Sequence record: MT446411.1
Strand: one strand, 5' to 3'
Length of the DNA: 64,000 nucleotides
Source of the DNA: Escherichia virus TH40
Shown here in pieces: positions 8,864 to 17,805 of the stretch (positions are counted from its first letter, which is position 1; each line of letters starts with the position of its first letter). The translations under genes and the position numbers were made by a program. A model generated the notes under the pieces. That model saw only the letters and a program-made list of their open reading frames with translations, did not search any database and was not told where the DNA came from.

Positions 8864-9280
8864 TTAAGCGTACACAGCTTTCCCATAGTATTTGTACCAG
8901 GTAGGCTTTTGAGAAATTTTCTCATTCAGTCTGGCTTGACTGATTTCAATTGACCAGATTGATGGTTGATAATCATTCTTCCATTCATCAGGAATATCAT
9001 TTAAATCTTGGGTAGAAATATCTTTTATATTAAACCCTCGCTTTAAACATTCAGCAATAAGTTCTTGATGACGGTTTTTAAGGAACAAAAGCTTATCATA
9101 AAAGAAGGTGACATGACCAGTCCCTAAAAGAAAAGATGATGGGATTTTAAAGTCAGACACCTTTTTACCATTTTGTACATGCTTACGAACAGCACCAAAC
9201 ACGCGAGGAAGCTCACGATATTCAGCCATAAGGTGTTGGTCAGCAAGTTCAGATACCAGGGTTAAATTAATGCGAGTCAT
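8864..9280 (-). CDS. denV: endonuclease V (pyrimidine-dimer DNA glycosylase)
   Basis: 138 aa; [35 protein letters not shown]... near-identical to T4 DenV. Confidence 0.92.
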   Translation of the reverse strand: MTRINLTLVSELADQHLMAEYRELPRVFGAVRKHVQNGKKVSDFKIPSSFLLGTGHVTFFYDKLLFLKNRHQELIAECLKRGFNIKDISTQDLNDIPDEWKNDYQPSIWSIEISQARLNEKISQKPTWYKYYGKAVYA

Positions 9281-9322
9281 GTTTGTTCTCCGTAGTTGAT
9301 AGGGTCATTATAACCCTATCGT
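9281..9322 (-). promoter_or_regulatory. early-promoter-like cassette
   Basis: minus-strand gataGGGTTATAATGACCCtatcaactacGGAGaacaaacATG; TATAAT in loop of inverted repeat. Confidence 0.4.
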
Positions 9323-9335
9323 TTGGAGATGTAAA

Positions 9336-9824
9336 CTAATAAGCGTCAAAAGTTCCAGTACGGAAAGTTTCAATAACTCGTTTGGCCCGGTTCGGAGTCT
9401 GGACTTTATACCATCTTGAGTCCGCCAGTTCCTTAGCAGCAGCTTCCCATGATTTAGCCTTGAGCAATCGCATACCCTTAGGAAAACCAGCAACACCAGC
9501 TACACCCATTTGGAATACCATATTAATGAGTGCGCAACGACGAACTTCATCCAGTACATCATAAACAGGTTTTAAGACAGGATGTTTCAAGATTCCAGAT
9601 TTAGCTTTTTCGACCGAACGATTAAACAATGTTTCGGCTTCGTGCTGGGTTATACGGCCATTACAGACGCGACCCATGAGCTTATCGAGCTCGGCACGAG
9701 CAACATCTTTCGATGGGTTCTTAGTTATCAGTTGTCCGATACCAATGGTCCAATAACCTTCGGTATCTTTATACAAATCCAACTTACAACCTTCATCTAT
9801 GCGTAACATTTCGAATATATTCAT
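9336..9824 (-). CDS. e: lysozyme (endolysin, T4 e type)
   Basis: 162 aa; [12 protein letters not shown]...[13 protein letters not shown]...[15 protein letters not shown] matches T4 lysozyme including catalytic E11/D20/T26 context. Confidence 0.95.
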   Translation of the reverse strand: MNIFEMLRIDEGCKLDLYKDTEGYWTIGIGQLITKNPSKDVARAELDKLMGRVCNGRITQHEAETLFNRSVEKAKSGILKHPVLKPVYDVLDEVRRCALINMVFQMGVAGVAGFPKGMRLLKAKSWEAAAKELADSRWYKVQTPNRAKRVIETFRTGTFDAY

Positions 9825-9850
9825 AATACCCCCTTATATAGGGGTATTTA

Positions 9851-10312
9851 TTATCCGAAAATTTGAGTCAAAACCTTATACATCGATTTACCCATTACGT
9901 ATTGCCATTGACTTGGTTTAATCAGAGCAAATGCATCAAACTCTGGGACCGAACTACCATCCGGGAAGGTATGATATGCGGAGCATTTACTATGTCTGAA
10001 TTGCTCATGCTCGACCGGAACCGTGTACAAAAACAGGTGAAGGTTTTTATTATCTGAATAACGAAACTCGCCTAGGTCTTTTAAGAATGCCGGGTCATAC
10101 TTGGTAAAACCTGTTTCTTCTTCACATTCACGCATAGCTGCTTCAATCAGGGATTCACCGGCTTCAACATGACCCTTAGGGATATCCCATTTATGCGCAG
10201 GCATACCCGGTTTGCGAGAACCAGTCACGCGCCCCATGAATAACTCTTTATCTTCAGTCATGAAAATAATACCAGCAGATAATTCTTTCGCCGCGTTTTT
10301 CTTACTCATCAT
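9851..10312 (-). CDS. nudE: Nudix hydrolase
   Basis: ATG at 10312; Nudix box GHVEAGESLIEAAMRECEEETG; position after e as in T4. Confidence 0.8.
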   Translation of the reverse strand: MMSKKNAAKELSAGIIFMTEDKELFMGRVTGSRKPGMPAHKWDIPKGHVEAGESLIEAAMRECEEETGFTKYDPAFLKDLGEFRYSDNKNLHLFLYTVPVEHEQFRHSKCSAYHTFPDGSSVPEFDAFALIKPSQWQYVMGKSMYKVLTQIFG

Positions 10313-10538
10313 CACGTTCCCAAGATTTTTTAAAGATTTCAGCCATAATAATTTCAATGCGTGTTTCTGTTGAAGGAGATTCACTACTAGAAGTTTGAAC
10401 TCTGTATTCAGAAATCGGGCGGAACAAGTCCAGGTCAATTTCTAAATCATCTTTGATTTCAACTTCGGGTGTACCTTTATCATAGGAATACAGGTAAGAA
10501 TCACATGACTCTGATTTAATATAAATTGCAATACTCAT
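10302..10538 (-). CDS. hypothetical acidic protein
   Basis: 78-aa ORF overlapping nudE start. Confidence 0.4.
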   Translation of the reverse strand: MSIAIYIKSESCDSYLYSYDKGTPEVEIKDDLEIDLDLFRPISEYRVQTSSSESPSTETRIEIIMAEIFKKSWERDDE

Positions 10539-11116
10539 TTACGACATTCCTCAATAAAAGAGTTCAATGTATTTTTCTTTGTGATATTGTCATATACCTT
10601 TTTAACTTTAGAAATACGAAAAGGTACTTCAATAATCGCAGTCCATAAAAATGAGGCGATAATACCTGCAATGGCCGCAGTCACTGCTGCCCCGAATATG
10701 CAAATTGGCAAGTCATTTTTCGTTGTCAGGAAAAACCACAGGATTGGAAAAAATAGTATTCCCATCCAGGCATAGAACCTGGAGCACACTAACTTGTCAT
10801 ATTCATCGCTCCATGTACGAAAACCATATTTTTCACTATAACAAATCAATGGGTCAGGTGTTTGTTCTTTATGTGGTTCTGGTTGCCAACCTTTAACGAT
10901 GTGCTTCATTTTATATTCCTCAATTAAAAGCTCTTTCATATGGCGATTGCATCGCGACCAATCAACGTTTTCCACCTTGATTCCTTCATCGCCATCATCA
11001 AGGTCAGCCCAATATCTTTTGGTAATCATAAATTCATCCCTTGGAACTGGAATACCTGCACATCCTTGTGGACCTTTCATATCACCCATGCAACCGGGTT
11101 CATACATCATTACCAT
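10535..11116 (-). CDS. hypothetical membrane protein, C-terminal F-I-E-E-C motif family
   Basis: 193 aa; two hydrophobic helices; ends NSFIEECRK. Confidence 0.5.
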   Translation of the reverse strand: MVMMYEPGCMGDMKGPQGCAGIPVPRDEFMITKRYWADLDDGDEGIKVENVDWSRCNRHMKELLIEEYKMKHIVKGWQPEPHKEQTPDPLICYSEKYGFRTWSDEYDKLVCSRFYAWMGILFFPILWFFLTTKNDLPICIFGAAVTAAIAGIIASFLWTAIIEVPFRISKVKKVYDNITKKNTLNSFIEECRK

Positions 11117-11796
11117 CCCTCCATAGGGAATTCCAGATATACTTGAGCATTAACGCGGATTTCATTGGTAATATTTTTAACACGGTCAGTGTTACGAGAT
11201 ACACGACCAAACCAGCGCCAACCGTTACTTACTGCACGAGAACCTGTATGCCATGTCTGCCAATCAAACTGGAGCAACGTGCGGTCAGGAGCATCCCACT
11301 TGGTTAATTCATTGGACTCAATTTTTTCCAGAACTTCTTTATGCCACTGGCGATAGATAAGTTCGCCTTCAGGAATCTGACTAAATTGTGCAGTTCCGGT
11401 TGCAAAATAAGTAGGGCACACATCAGCGTTAACAAGACCAAGAATATGTTCAGAATGGTAACGAGGATTATCATAATCAGGTTGCCCTGCAGTAATAAAG
11501 TGTTGACCAACCGGAATATCCGGGCGTGGTACATCGTCATGATGATAGCCAGGGATAGCTGGATACCAACCAGGCATCAACATATGAACCCGAGAATCAA
11601 ACACAACATGTTGATTAGTCCAATCAATTGGGAGATTGGCAATAAAGCTACGAGTGATTGGCCCGCCATTATCCCAAGCAAAACTCAAATCACAGTTAAA
11701 GAACATTGGTTCATTTTTGATTTGGTCATTTTGTACGTTATGTGCAAAACCACCTACTGCACGAGCTTGACTATTAAAAGTTTTAGGACCGTTCAT
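11110..11796 (-). CDS. hypothetical protein
   Basis: 228 aa; GAGGA SD before ATG 11796; no confident family assignment. Confidence 0.5.
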   Translation of the reverse strand: MNGPKTFNSQARAVGGFAHNVQNDQIKNEPMFFNCDLSFAWDNGGPITRSFIANLPIDWTNQHVVFDSRVHMLMPGWYPAIPGYHHDDVPRPDIPVGQHFITAGQPDYDNPRYHSEHILGLVNADVCPTYFATGTAQFSQIPEGELIYRQWHKEVLEKIESNELTKWDAPDRTLLQFDWQTWHTGSRAVSNGWRWFGRVSRNTDRVKNITNEIRVNAQVYLEFPMEGW

Positions 11797-11855
11797 AATA
11801 TTTTCCTCATTGATTGTGGGACCATTATGTCATAGCCCCATTTGGTTGTACACAC

Positions 11856-12815
11856 TTATTTTGAAAAAGGACGAATTAAATGTTGGTTAGCCTTGAAACG
11901 TTTAACATAGTCTTCGCGACCCAGGGTGTTGTACATATTCACTACTTCCTGGTAATGTTCCCAGGCATACTCACGAAACCATCCAGAAGTAATGGAGGTG
12001 CAGACTTTTTCCAGAGCAATATGGAAGCTCACGGATGGAGAGATACTAAACTCGTTAGGAACCTGCGAACGCTCCAGAGCGAGCACACATGCTTCTTCAT
12101 AAACCCCTGCCAGTTTAATAACATCAGGGAGTGCTTCAAATTTTTCACGCGAGGTCATGACTTCCGAATCATCCTTCATATAGAACTTATATGCAGGCTT
12201 ATCAGCAAGCGCCACGGCCTCGTGGATGGAGTCATGGTCAAGGGTATAGATTGTATCATTAAAGAAAGTTTTCTTGCCCACGTCTAGTTTAGGGTGGCTA
12301 TATGACAGTGTTTCTGCCTGACGTTGTAACATAATTTTCTGCAGTTCATCATTAAGAACAACACCCTTATTACGAAGGTAATTAATATGGCTCATGGTCT
12401 TCAGGAAGAATGGATTGTTCTTCAGGTAACGATGAGACAATTTAATTGCCAGACAAATATCAGGGGTCGCCCAATAGAAACCTGTAAGACGGTCTTTCTT
12501 AATATGATTTTCAGCGTATTTCAAGAGACGATAACTTGAGGTGAAATCTTCATCTTGAAGCTCACCAGTAATTTCTCGTACGTTGGTCAGGGCACGGACA
12601 ATATAAGCTTCAAAATAGGTTTCTTTGCCATTGTACATACATTTAAAAGCTTGGACATCAGGGTTATCCACAGGAACATGAGCACCGAACATACGTGCTT
12701 TAAAGTGGTTCCATGAGCCCTGGTCAGCGATGAAGTCCCAATCAGAGTTTTCAATTTTCTGACTTTCAATCAGACCAGCGTTATGTAATGCACGAGAACC
12801 AATAACTAACATCAT
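11856..12815 (-). CDS. hypothetical protein, possible nucleotidyltransferase-fold
   Basis: ATG pair at 12815/12812 with GAGGA SD; VIGSRALHNAG...SDWDFIA weakly resembles NTase h-G-S / D-x-D motifs. Confidence 0.45.
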   Translation of the reverse strand: MMLVIGSRALHNAGLIESQKIENSDWDFIADQGSWNHFKARMFGAHVPVDNPDVQAFKCMYNGKETYFEAYIVRALTNVREITGELQDEDFTSSYRLLKYAENHIKKDRLTGFYWATPDICLAIKLSHRYLKNNPFFLKTMSHINYLRNKGVVLNDELQKIMLQRQAETLSYSHPKLDVGKKTFFNDTIYTLDHDSIHEAVALADKPAYKFYMKDDSEVMTSREKFEALPDVIKLAGVYEEACVLALERSQVPNEFSISPSVSFHIALEKVCTSITSGWFREYAWEHYQEVVNMYNTLGREDYVKRFKANQHLIRPFSK

Positions 12816-12834
12816 AATATTTTCCTCAGATAAC

Positions 12835-13065
12835 TTAAATTTCAGCAGCAGAGATATTAGATTCATCTATCATCTCGGAGGCGGACCCCTTAACGATAGG
12901 AACCAATTTGCCATAGAGGTCTTCATTATAAGGGTCGTTGATACAGTGCGCATCTTCAAAACGAACACCGTAATCAGACTTCTTATAAACGAGACCGTAA
13001 ATCTTTGTAAACTTAGCGCGACTAATTTTTACGGGCTCATCAGCCATTGGAGCATAATACCACAT
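12835..13065 (-). CDS. hypothetical small protein
   Basis: 76-aa ORF. Confidence 0.4.
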   Translation of the reverse strand: MWYYAPMADEPVKISRAKFTKIYGLVYKKSDYGVRFEDAHCINDPYNEDLYGKLVPIVKGSASEMIDESNISAAEI

Positions 13066-13168
13066 AATATTTTCCTCATTAGTTGACGAGATAATGATAC
13101 TACGTTTCTTTAGGCTTGTACACTAAATTTCTGCGCATAAGTCCTCCTATCACATCCTTGTGATTAAA

Positions 13169-13396
13169 TTATTTTCCTAACGAAATACGAGTAGGTTTTT
13201 TACCGAAATATTCTTCATAGGAACCATCTAAACGGCCCGCTTTAGACCGACAGTACGAATCATACTTTTTGTAATAAGTCAACTCTGTATTGTAACGTGG
13301 ATGTCTATCAGCCATAATAATACTTAACGGCCAACCTTTGGCGTAATCACGAAGACCATTTATTTTACGAATATATCTTTTCTTTAATTTTAACAT
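13169..13396 (-). CDS. hypothetical small basic protein
   Basis: 75-aa ORF; ATG overlaps upstream stop. Confidence 0.4.
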   Translation of the reverse strand: MLKLKKRYIRKINGLRDYAKGWPLSIIMADRHPRYNTELTYYKKYDSYCRSKAGRLDGSYEEYFGKKPTRISLGK

Positions 13397-13614
13397 GAGC
13401 TCGGATACCAGATTTTACCATCCGGGTGAGCAACAAAGGTGCGTCCAGCTTCTTCACCATAACAAGAGCTATTCAACCAGTCTTCAAGACGAACTTCACC
13501 ATCATAATCGTCGAGCTCAATACCGAAATCTTGGGCAGAAGCCATATCTTTAACTTTCTTATACAGCGCAGCCAGTTCAAGAGCTGCTTTTTCTAATTCA
13601 TTAATATCAGACAT
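13390..13614 (-). CDS. small protein, C-terminal SS-C tail family
   Basis: 74 aa ending ...WYPSSC; SD overlapping upstream stop. Confidence 0.45.
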   Translation of the reverse strand: MSDINELEKAALELAALYKKVKDMASAQDFGIELDDYDGEVRLEDWLNSSCYGEEAGRTFVAHPDGKIWYPSSC

Positions 13615-13623
13615 TTTTATTCC

Positions 13624-13821
13624 TTAGCATTCGTAAGAGGAGGACACCCAAGAGGTACCACTAATAGTAATACAACCGTTATAAAGCGTGATATGTCGTT
13701 CTAGGTCACGAACACCGTCGATATAGATATCAGCTTCTTCTCGTTCTTCTTTACAAATCTGGATAACGTTTTCAATAGCTGCGGCTGCAGTACGGATTGC
13801 ACAATCTAATTCACGAGACAT
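13624..13821 (-). CDS. small protein, C-terminal W-V-S-S-S-x-E-C tail family
   Basis: 65 aa ending SWVSSSYEC. Confidence 0.45.
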   Translation of the reverse strand: MSRELDCAIRTAAAAIENVIQICKEEREEADIYIDGVRDLERHITLYNGCITISGTSWVSSSYEC

Positions 13822-13830
13822 AATAATTCC

Positions 13831-14112
13831 TTAACATTCAGAAGAGGAGGACACCCAACCACCTTTTTCCAGGTCAGTTGTATAGTCATGTTGGTTAACG
13901 ATAGCGTATTGGGCTTCACCGTAGTTTTCCCAATGAGCAAGGTCAGCTTTCAGGGCGCCAGGAGAATAATAGTCACCGCCCATACCGCGAGCAGGGTATA
14001 TATTAAAATGAGTCTCATATTTGTTTGCAATTTCCTCGGCACGACGAATAGCTTTATGGATATCATTTACTGCGTTGGCCAGTTCTTTATTTTTACTGTA
14101 ATCGTTCATCAT
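13831..14112 (-). CDS. small protein, C-terminal W-V-S-S-S-x-E-C tail family
   Basis: 93 aa ending GWVSSSSEC. Confidence 0.45.
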   Translation of the reverse strand: MMNDYSKNKELANAVNDIHKAIRRAEEIANKYETHFNIYPARGMGGDYYSPGALKADLAHWENYGEAQYAIVNQHDYTTDLEKGGWVSSSSEC

Positions 14113-14121
14113 ACCATTTCC

Positions 14122-14412
14122 TTAACACATCTCAGAAGAGGAGACCCAAGCACCAACGGTAACAACACCATTTTCAACCCGACCGCCATTGGCTTCAATA
14201 TGATGGGTAAACCATTCAGAGCATTCATAACCAACTGGATGATATGTACGGCCGGTGCCGTAATCACCAGTGCTGAATTCGATACCATATTCATCTGCGA
14301 TTTCTTCACAGTGTTTTTCAATTTCAGAGGTCTTATTTAGAAGAGAATAGATAGCTTTTTCTGCAGATTTCTCATCATAATACTTGGGGATAGCAATTTC
14401 AATTTTATTCAT
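14122..14412 (-). CDS. small protein, C-terminal W-V-S-S-S-x-x-C tail family
   Basis: 96 aa ending AWVSSSEMC. Confidence 0.45.
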   Translation of the reverse strand: MNKIEIAIPKYYDEKSAEKAIYSLLNKTSEIEKHCEEIADEYGIEFSTGDYGTGRTYHPVGYECSEWFTHHIEANGGRVENGVVTVGAWVSSSEMC

Positions 14413-14762
14413 GATTTACATTCCTTAATAAAGGTTTCAAGGTCATTACGTTTTGTTTTGTCTAGGAACTTATTATACTCAGCCATTGCTGAAGCATATC
14501 TCTTATATATGGGAGCATTCAAGGCGTTTGTATAACAGATATCATACACAACCGGGATAAAATAGGCCACAACAGCCGGAGCAATTATCATAAAGAAGCC
14601 CATCTCAATAGGCATGACTCCCTCGATTGCAGCCATAACCGTGGTCATTACCAGACCAACCAGACCACCGAGCATGGCAGTGACAATCCCTAATAATAAA
14701 TTGGCACCAATATCATATTCAGCCAATTGATAAACATGTGATGCAAGACTAGGCCGTTCCAT
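14409..14762 (-). CDS. hypothetical membrane protein, C-terminal F-I-K-E-C family
   Basis: ATG at 14762 with AAGGAGG SD; 2-3 TM helices; ends ETFIKECKS. Confidence 0.5.
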   Translation of the reverse strand: MERPSLASHVYQLAEYDIGANLLLGIVTAMLGGLVGLVMTTVMAAIEGVMPIEMGFFMIIAPAVVAYFIPVVYDICYTNALNAPIYKRYASAMAEYNKFLDKTKRNDLETFIKECKS

Positions 14763-15108
14763 TACGAACCTCCTTAATAAATTCTTCGGCACATTTAATT
14801 TTGTGCTCTTCTTGTAGGGAAACACATTTTTGTTCCCACTCTTTAACTCGTCCACGATATCCTTTATTCATATGATTTTGATGCCACACATTTATCAATA
14901 TCATACACAAGACCGTAATAAAAGGAGCGGCGATTATTAGTGCCCAGGCAACTCCAACACTAATGATATCCATATCCCCACAAAGCACCATCATTATAAC
15001 CCCAACAATGCATATAGACAGAGCCCCAAATGGAGGCATAAGGTCTTTATCAATTTTGTCTGCGTATACAAATTTTTCTGGTTTACTTGGTAGATATAGC
15101 GTTCGCAT
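14749..15108 (-). CDS. hypothetical membrane protein, C-terminal F-I-K-E-V family
   Basis: ATG at 15108; TM helices; ends EEFIKEVRNGTA, where the F-I-K-E codons carry the downstream SD. Confidence 0.45.
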   Translation of the reverse strand: MRTLYLPSKPEKFVYADKIDKDLMPPFGALSICIVGVIMMVLCGDMDIISVGVAWALIIAAPFITVLCMILINVWHQNHMNKGYRGRVKEWEQKCVSLQEEHKIKCAEEFIKEVRNGTA

Positions 15109-15637
15109 TTTGAGCCCCTTTAGCATATTCACGACATTCAGTAATAAAACGATTAAGCTTCCGTTGTTGTTTACGACTCTCTGATGTGTATTCAGCCGCC
15201 AAATCAAGAAGTTCAGCTTTATCATAATTTTTAATATCAGCATAAGCTGGACGACGGTCAACCATTCCAAAGTGGTCACCATTTTCTAACATCAAATAAC
15301 ATACCAAATGGTCATCATCATCCGCATCAATAAGTCGTTTATAATCGCTTGGGTCGTTTAATGCATACACTGAATAACGTAGTCCAGCGAATTCCACTCG
15401 TTGGATACCCAGATTTACGTCAATAATTTCCAAGGCATCTGCAAAAGAAAGGTCTTCAGCTAAAGCAAAAATAAAAGGCAATTTTGTAGTATCACCACGG
15501 CTAGTTGTTCTTCTTAAGAAATCATTGGAATAACCTAGGTCACCACGGATTCTATAAAGAACTGTATTAGTTTCAGTGGCAAGACCACTACCGCCAAACC
15601 ATTCTACATTTGATATAAGATTATCGTATGAAGTCAT
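15083..15637 (-). CDS. hypothetical protein, C-terminal F-I-T-E-C family
   Basis: ATG at 15637 with GAGGAG SD; ...LNRFITECREYAKG. Confidence 0.5.
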   Translation of the reverse strand: MTSYDNLISNVEWFGGSGLATETNTVLYRIRGDLGYSNDFLRRTTSRGDTTKLPFIFALAEDLSFADALEIIDVNLGIQRVEFAGLRYSVYALNDPSDYKRLIDADDDDHLVCYLMLENGDHFGMVDRRPAYADIKNYDKAELLDLAAEYTSESRKQQRKLNRFITECREYAKGAQNANAISTK

Positions 15638-15655
15638 AATATTCTCCTCTCCCAA

Positions 15656-15680
15656 TTAAGGGGGCAAAGCCCCCTTTTAT
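15656..15680. terminator. GC hairpin with flanking A/T runs
   Basis: gggggc-aaa-gccccc then tttt on plus strand, between two minus-strand genes; orientation ambiguous. Confidence 0.35.
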
Positions 15681-15681
15681 C

Positions 15682-16275
15682 TTACTTAAGTGAATTGATG
15701 TATTCTTCAATGTCAGCGGATGTGGTATCCACACCGACCTGCGGGCCTTTGAAGGTTTCAACACGCATCAGAGTGTCTTCAATATCAATCTTAGTCAATG
15801 CAGCGATTTCAACAACATCATCTGCAGTCGCAATACCCAGGGCAGATACCTTACGAGTTTCGCGGATGTATTCCAGTTTAACAGCTAGTTCCTGACGAGA
15901 ATCATCCAGCTCTTTAACTTTCAATTTAATTTCATTACGCATTTCAACATAATCATCTGCCTTCTTACGAAGTTGTTTAGCAGTGCGACGATACAGAAGA
16001 CCCAGTTTAGCATGGACTTGCACATCTGCTCCATCAGCAATCAGTTTACGGATTTCACGCTCTTTTGAAGCAGCGAGCTGGTCTTTTTCATTCGCTAACT
16101 CGCGGATGCGTTTTTCTTCATTAACAGACTTAACGTGGGCAGTCTGGAGCTCAGTAATCTTGTCAATCAGGGTAGAAGCCGCTTTGGTATACTGGTCTTC
16201 AATAGACAGGTTTTGTGCCATTGCAGTACCCAGTTTGGAGCGGATGAATTCAACAAGTTTCTTTAAAGTATTCAT
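15682..16275 (-). CDS. hypothetical coiled-coil protein
   Basis: 197 aa rich in heptad-like charged repeats. Confidence 0.5.
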   Translation of the reverse strand: MNTLKKLVEFIRSKLGTAMAQNLSIEDQYTKAASTLIDKITELQTAHVKSVNEEKRIRELANEKDQLAASKEREIRKLIADGADVQVHAKLGLLYRRTAKQLRKKADDYVEMRNEIKLKVKELDDSRQELAVKLEYIRETRKVSALGIATADDVVEIAALTKIDIEDTLMRVETFKGPQVGVDTTSADIEEYINSLK

Positions 16276-16351
16276 GGTATTTCCTTCAGTTGGTTAATGT
16301 TTTATTATCCAGGGAACATACTATCATGTTCCCGTTAAAGCGTACACTGAT

Positions 16352-16657
16352 TTAGATTTTATTTTCCTGCACACCATAATACAGTTCATCAGATACAATA
16401 TTCAGGATGTGGCGAACATATTCATCATGGTATTGACAGTCAAAATCAAATGCAACAGTAGTTTCCGCTTCACGAGTGAATTTAACTTGCACATTCAGGT
16501 GATTAGTAACGTGAGTTAATTTATCAGTAAAGAACTCTTTTGCTACCGCCTGCTGGACTTGCACTTTGAACTTGGTGTTGCGAATCATATTTTCAGCAGA
16601 TGCGAAATTACCAGTTTTATCAAAGTCAACAAGCGCCAGGTTGATGATGAATTTCAT
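16352..16657 (-). CDS. hypothetical protein
   Basis: 101-aa ORF with GGAG SD. Confidence 0.5.
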   Translation of the reverse strand: MKFIINLALVDFDKTGNFASAENMIRNTKFKVQVQQAVAKEFFTDKLTHVTNHLNVQVKFTREAETTVAFDFDCQYHDEYVRHILNIVSDELYYGVQENKI

Positions 16658-16737
16658 TTTATTCTCCAGTTTTATTTGGTAACTCAGTATGGAATCATTA
16701 TGCCTTAAAGCAGGGGGCTTGTATACCCCCTTTTGAA
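16658..16737 (-). promoter_or_regulatory. hairpin plus early-promoter cassette
   Basis: minus-strand aaaaGGGGGtatacaaGCCCCC...gcATAATgattccatactgagttaccaaataaaactGGAGaataaaATG. Confidence 0.4.
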
Positions 16738-17169
16738 TTAAATTTCAAATTCTTTGCGGAAGTTGGAAGCATAAGATTGAACTGATGCTTTGTTGAATCC
16801 AAACTCACGCACAATCATATCAATAACAGCTCTGCGAGCAGCACCATTAGACATATTAACAGTTTTGAACATATCATAGCATAAATCTTTGTTGCTCATA
16901 CCGGAGCGTTTAGGTGCCTTACGCTCAGCTTTTGGTTCAGCTTTAGGAGTAGGTTTAACCTGTCCATCATTCAGACCTTTAAAAATTTTACCCGCCAGAG
17001 TTGCCAGTTTAGCAGCTTCGCCACGAGTGATACCAAATACTGCCGGGTTAAATGAAATACCTTCAGCTGTTAAACGTTTGAAGAACATACGCGCTGCGGA
17101 TTGCGCTTCAGCTTCAGAAGAGTTGTTTAATGCCAGTTTAACGTACTTAATCAGTTTTGAAGTTTTCAT
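16738..17169 (-). CDS. hypothetical protein, paralog of 17253..17678
   Basis: ATG at 17169 (MKTSKLIKYVK...); shares AARRA(V/L)ID...VQSYASNFRK C-terminal block with neighbour. Confidence 0.5.
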   Translation of the reverse strand: MKTSKLIKYVKLALNNSSEAEAQSAARMFFKRLTAEGISFNPAVFGITRGEAAKLATLAGKIFKGLNDGQVKPTPKAEPKAERKAPKRSGMSNKDLCYDMFKTVNMSNGAARRAVIDMIVREFGFNKASVQSYASNFRKEFEI

Positions 17170-17240
17170 TTTATTATCCCGTTTGTTTATTTGGTAACTC
17201 AGTATGGGATAATTATACACTATCCCACCTGGAAGTAAAA
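17170..17240 (-). promoter_or_regulatory. early promoter cassette (-35 GTTTTAC, -10 TATAAT inside inverted repeat)
   Basis: minus-strand gtGTTTTACttccaggtGGGATAgtgTATAATTATCCCatactgagttaccaaataaacaaacGGGAtaataaaATG. Confidence 0.5.
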
Positions 17241-17252
17241 CACTTTTCTCAA

Positions 17253-17678
17253 TTATTTTTGAGCTTTGCGGAAGTTAGAAGCATAAGACTGAACAACAGT
17301 CTTTTTGATATCATGGGTAGTAACCAGAACATCAATCAGAGCGCGGCGAGCTGCATTATCATTCATATCAATTTCTGCAAATGCCTGGAAGCAAATGTCA
17401 CGGGCGTTACCAGATTTGGACTGGATTTTTTCTTCTTTAACTTCTTCAATTGGGAATTCAATCATTTCAGCTTGGATTAATTCAATGATGGACTCTTTTG
17501 ACTGTTTGGTGTTTACCTTCAGTTCAGAATTAAGGGACTTAGCGATGGCAACAATCTGGGTTGAAGTCAGATGGATAAGGGCATCTTCACGAATGCAGAT
17601 TTCACATACTTCGTCAGCAACCATTTTGTTAGTGATGCGGGTAACAGAAAATGCAGAGGTCAGGGTCAGAAAGTTCAT
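17253..17678 (-). CDS. hypothetical protein, paralog of 16738..17169
   Basis: 141 aa; C-terminal ...NAARRALIDVLV...VVQSYASNFRKAQK. Confidence 0.5.
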   Translation of the reverse strand: MNFLTLTSAFSVTRITNKMVADEVCEICIREDALIHLTSTQIVAIAKSLNSELKVNTKQSKESIIELIQAEMIEFPIEEVKEEKIQSKSGNARDICFQAFAEIDMNDNAARRALIDVLVTTHDIKKTVVQSYASNFRKAQK

Positions 17679-17745
17679 TTTATTTCTCCAAAGTTTTTGT
17701 GATTCAGTGTGTAACTCAGTATGGAATCATTATGCACCCGGTCAA
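17679..17745 (-). promoter_or_regulatory. early promoter cassette
   Basis: minus-strand GTGTACA, 17 nt spacer, CATAATgattccatactgagtta...GGAGaaataaaATG. Confidence 0.4.
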
Positions 17746-17805
17746 TTCGGATGTACACTACTTTTTGAAGAAATATTAAAAATAAACCCGCCGGAGCGGG
17801 TTTGA

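Noticed and set aside
9825-9851. Palindrome ataccccc-ttatata-gggggtat between nudE and e as a terminator or late promoter
   Set aside because: Contains TATATAA rather than TATAAATA and has no T-run after the stem; left uncalled.
11341-11835. 164-aa plus-strand ORF
   Set aside because: Antisense within minus-strand gene 11110..11796, with no promoter or SD; same reasoning applies to other plus-strand ORFs in 1-25000 (e.g. 17305..17805, 13888..14340, 15983..16297).
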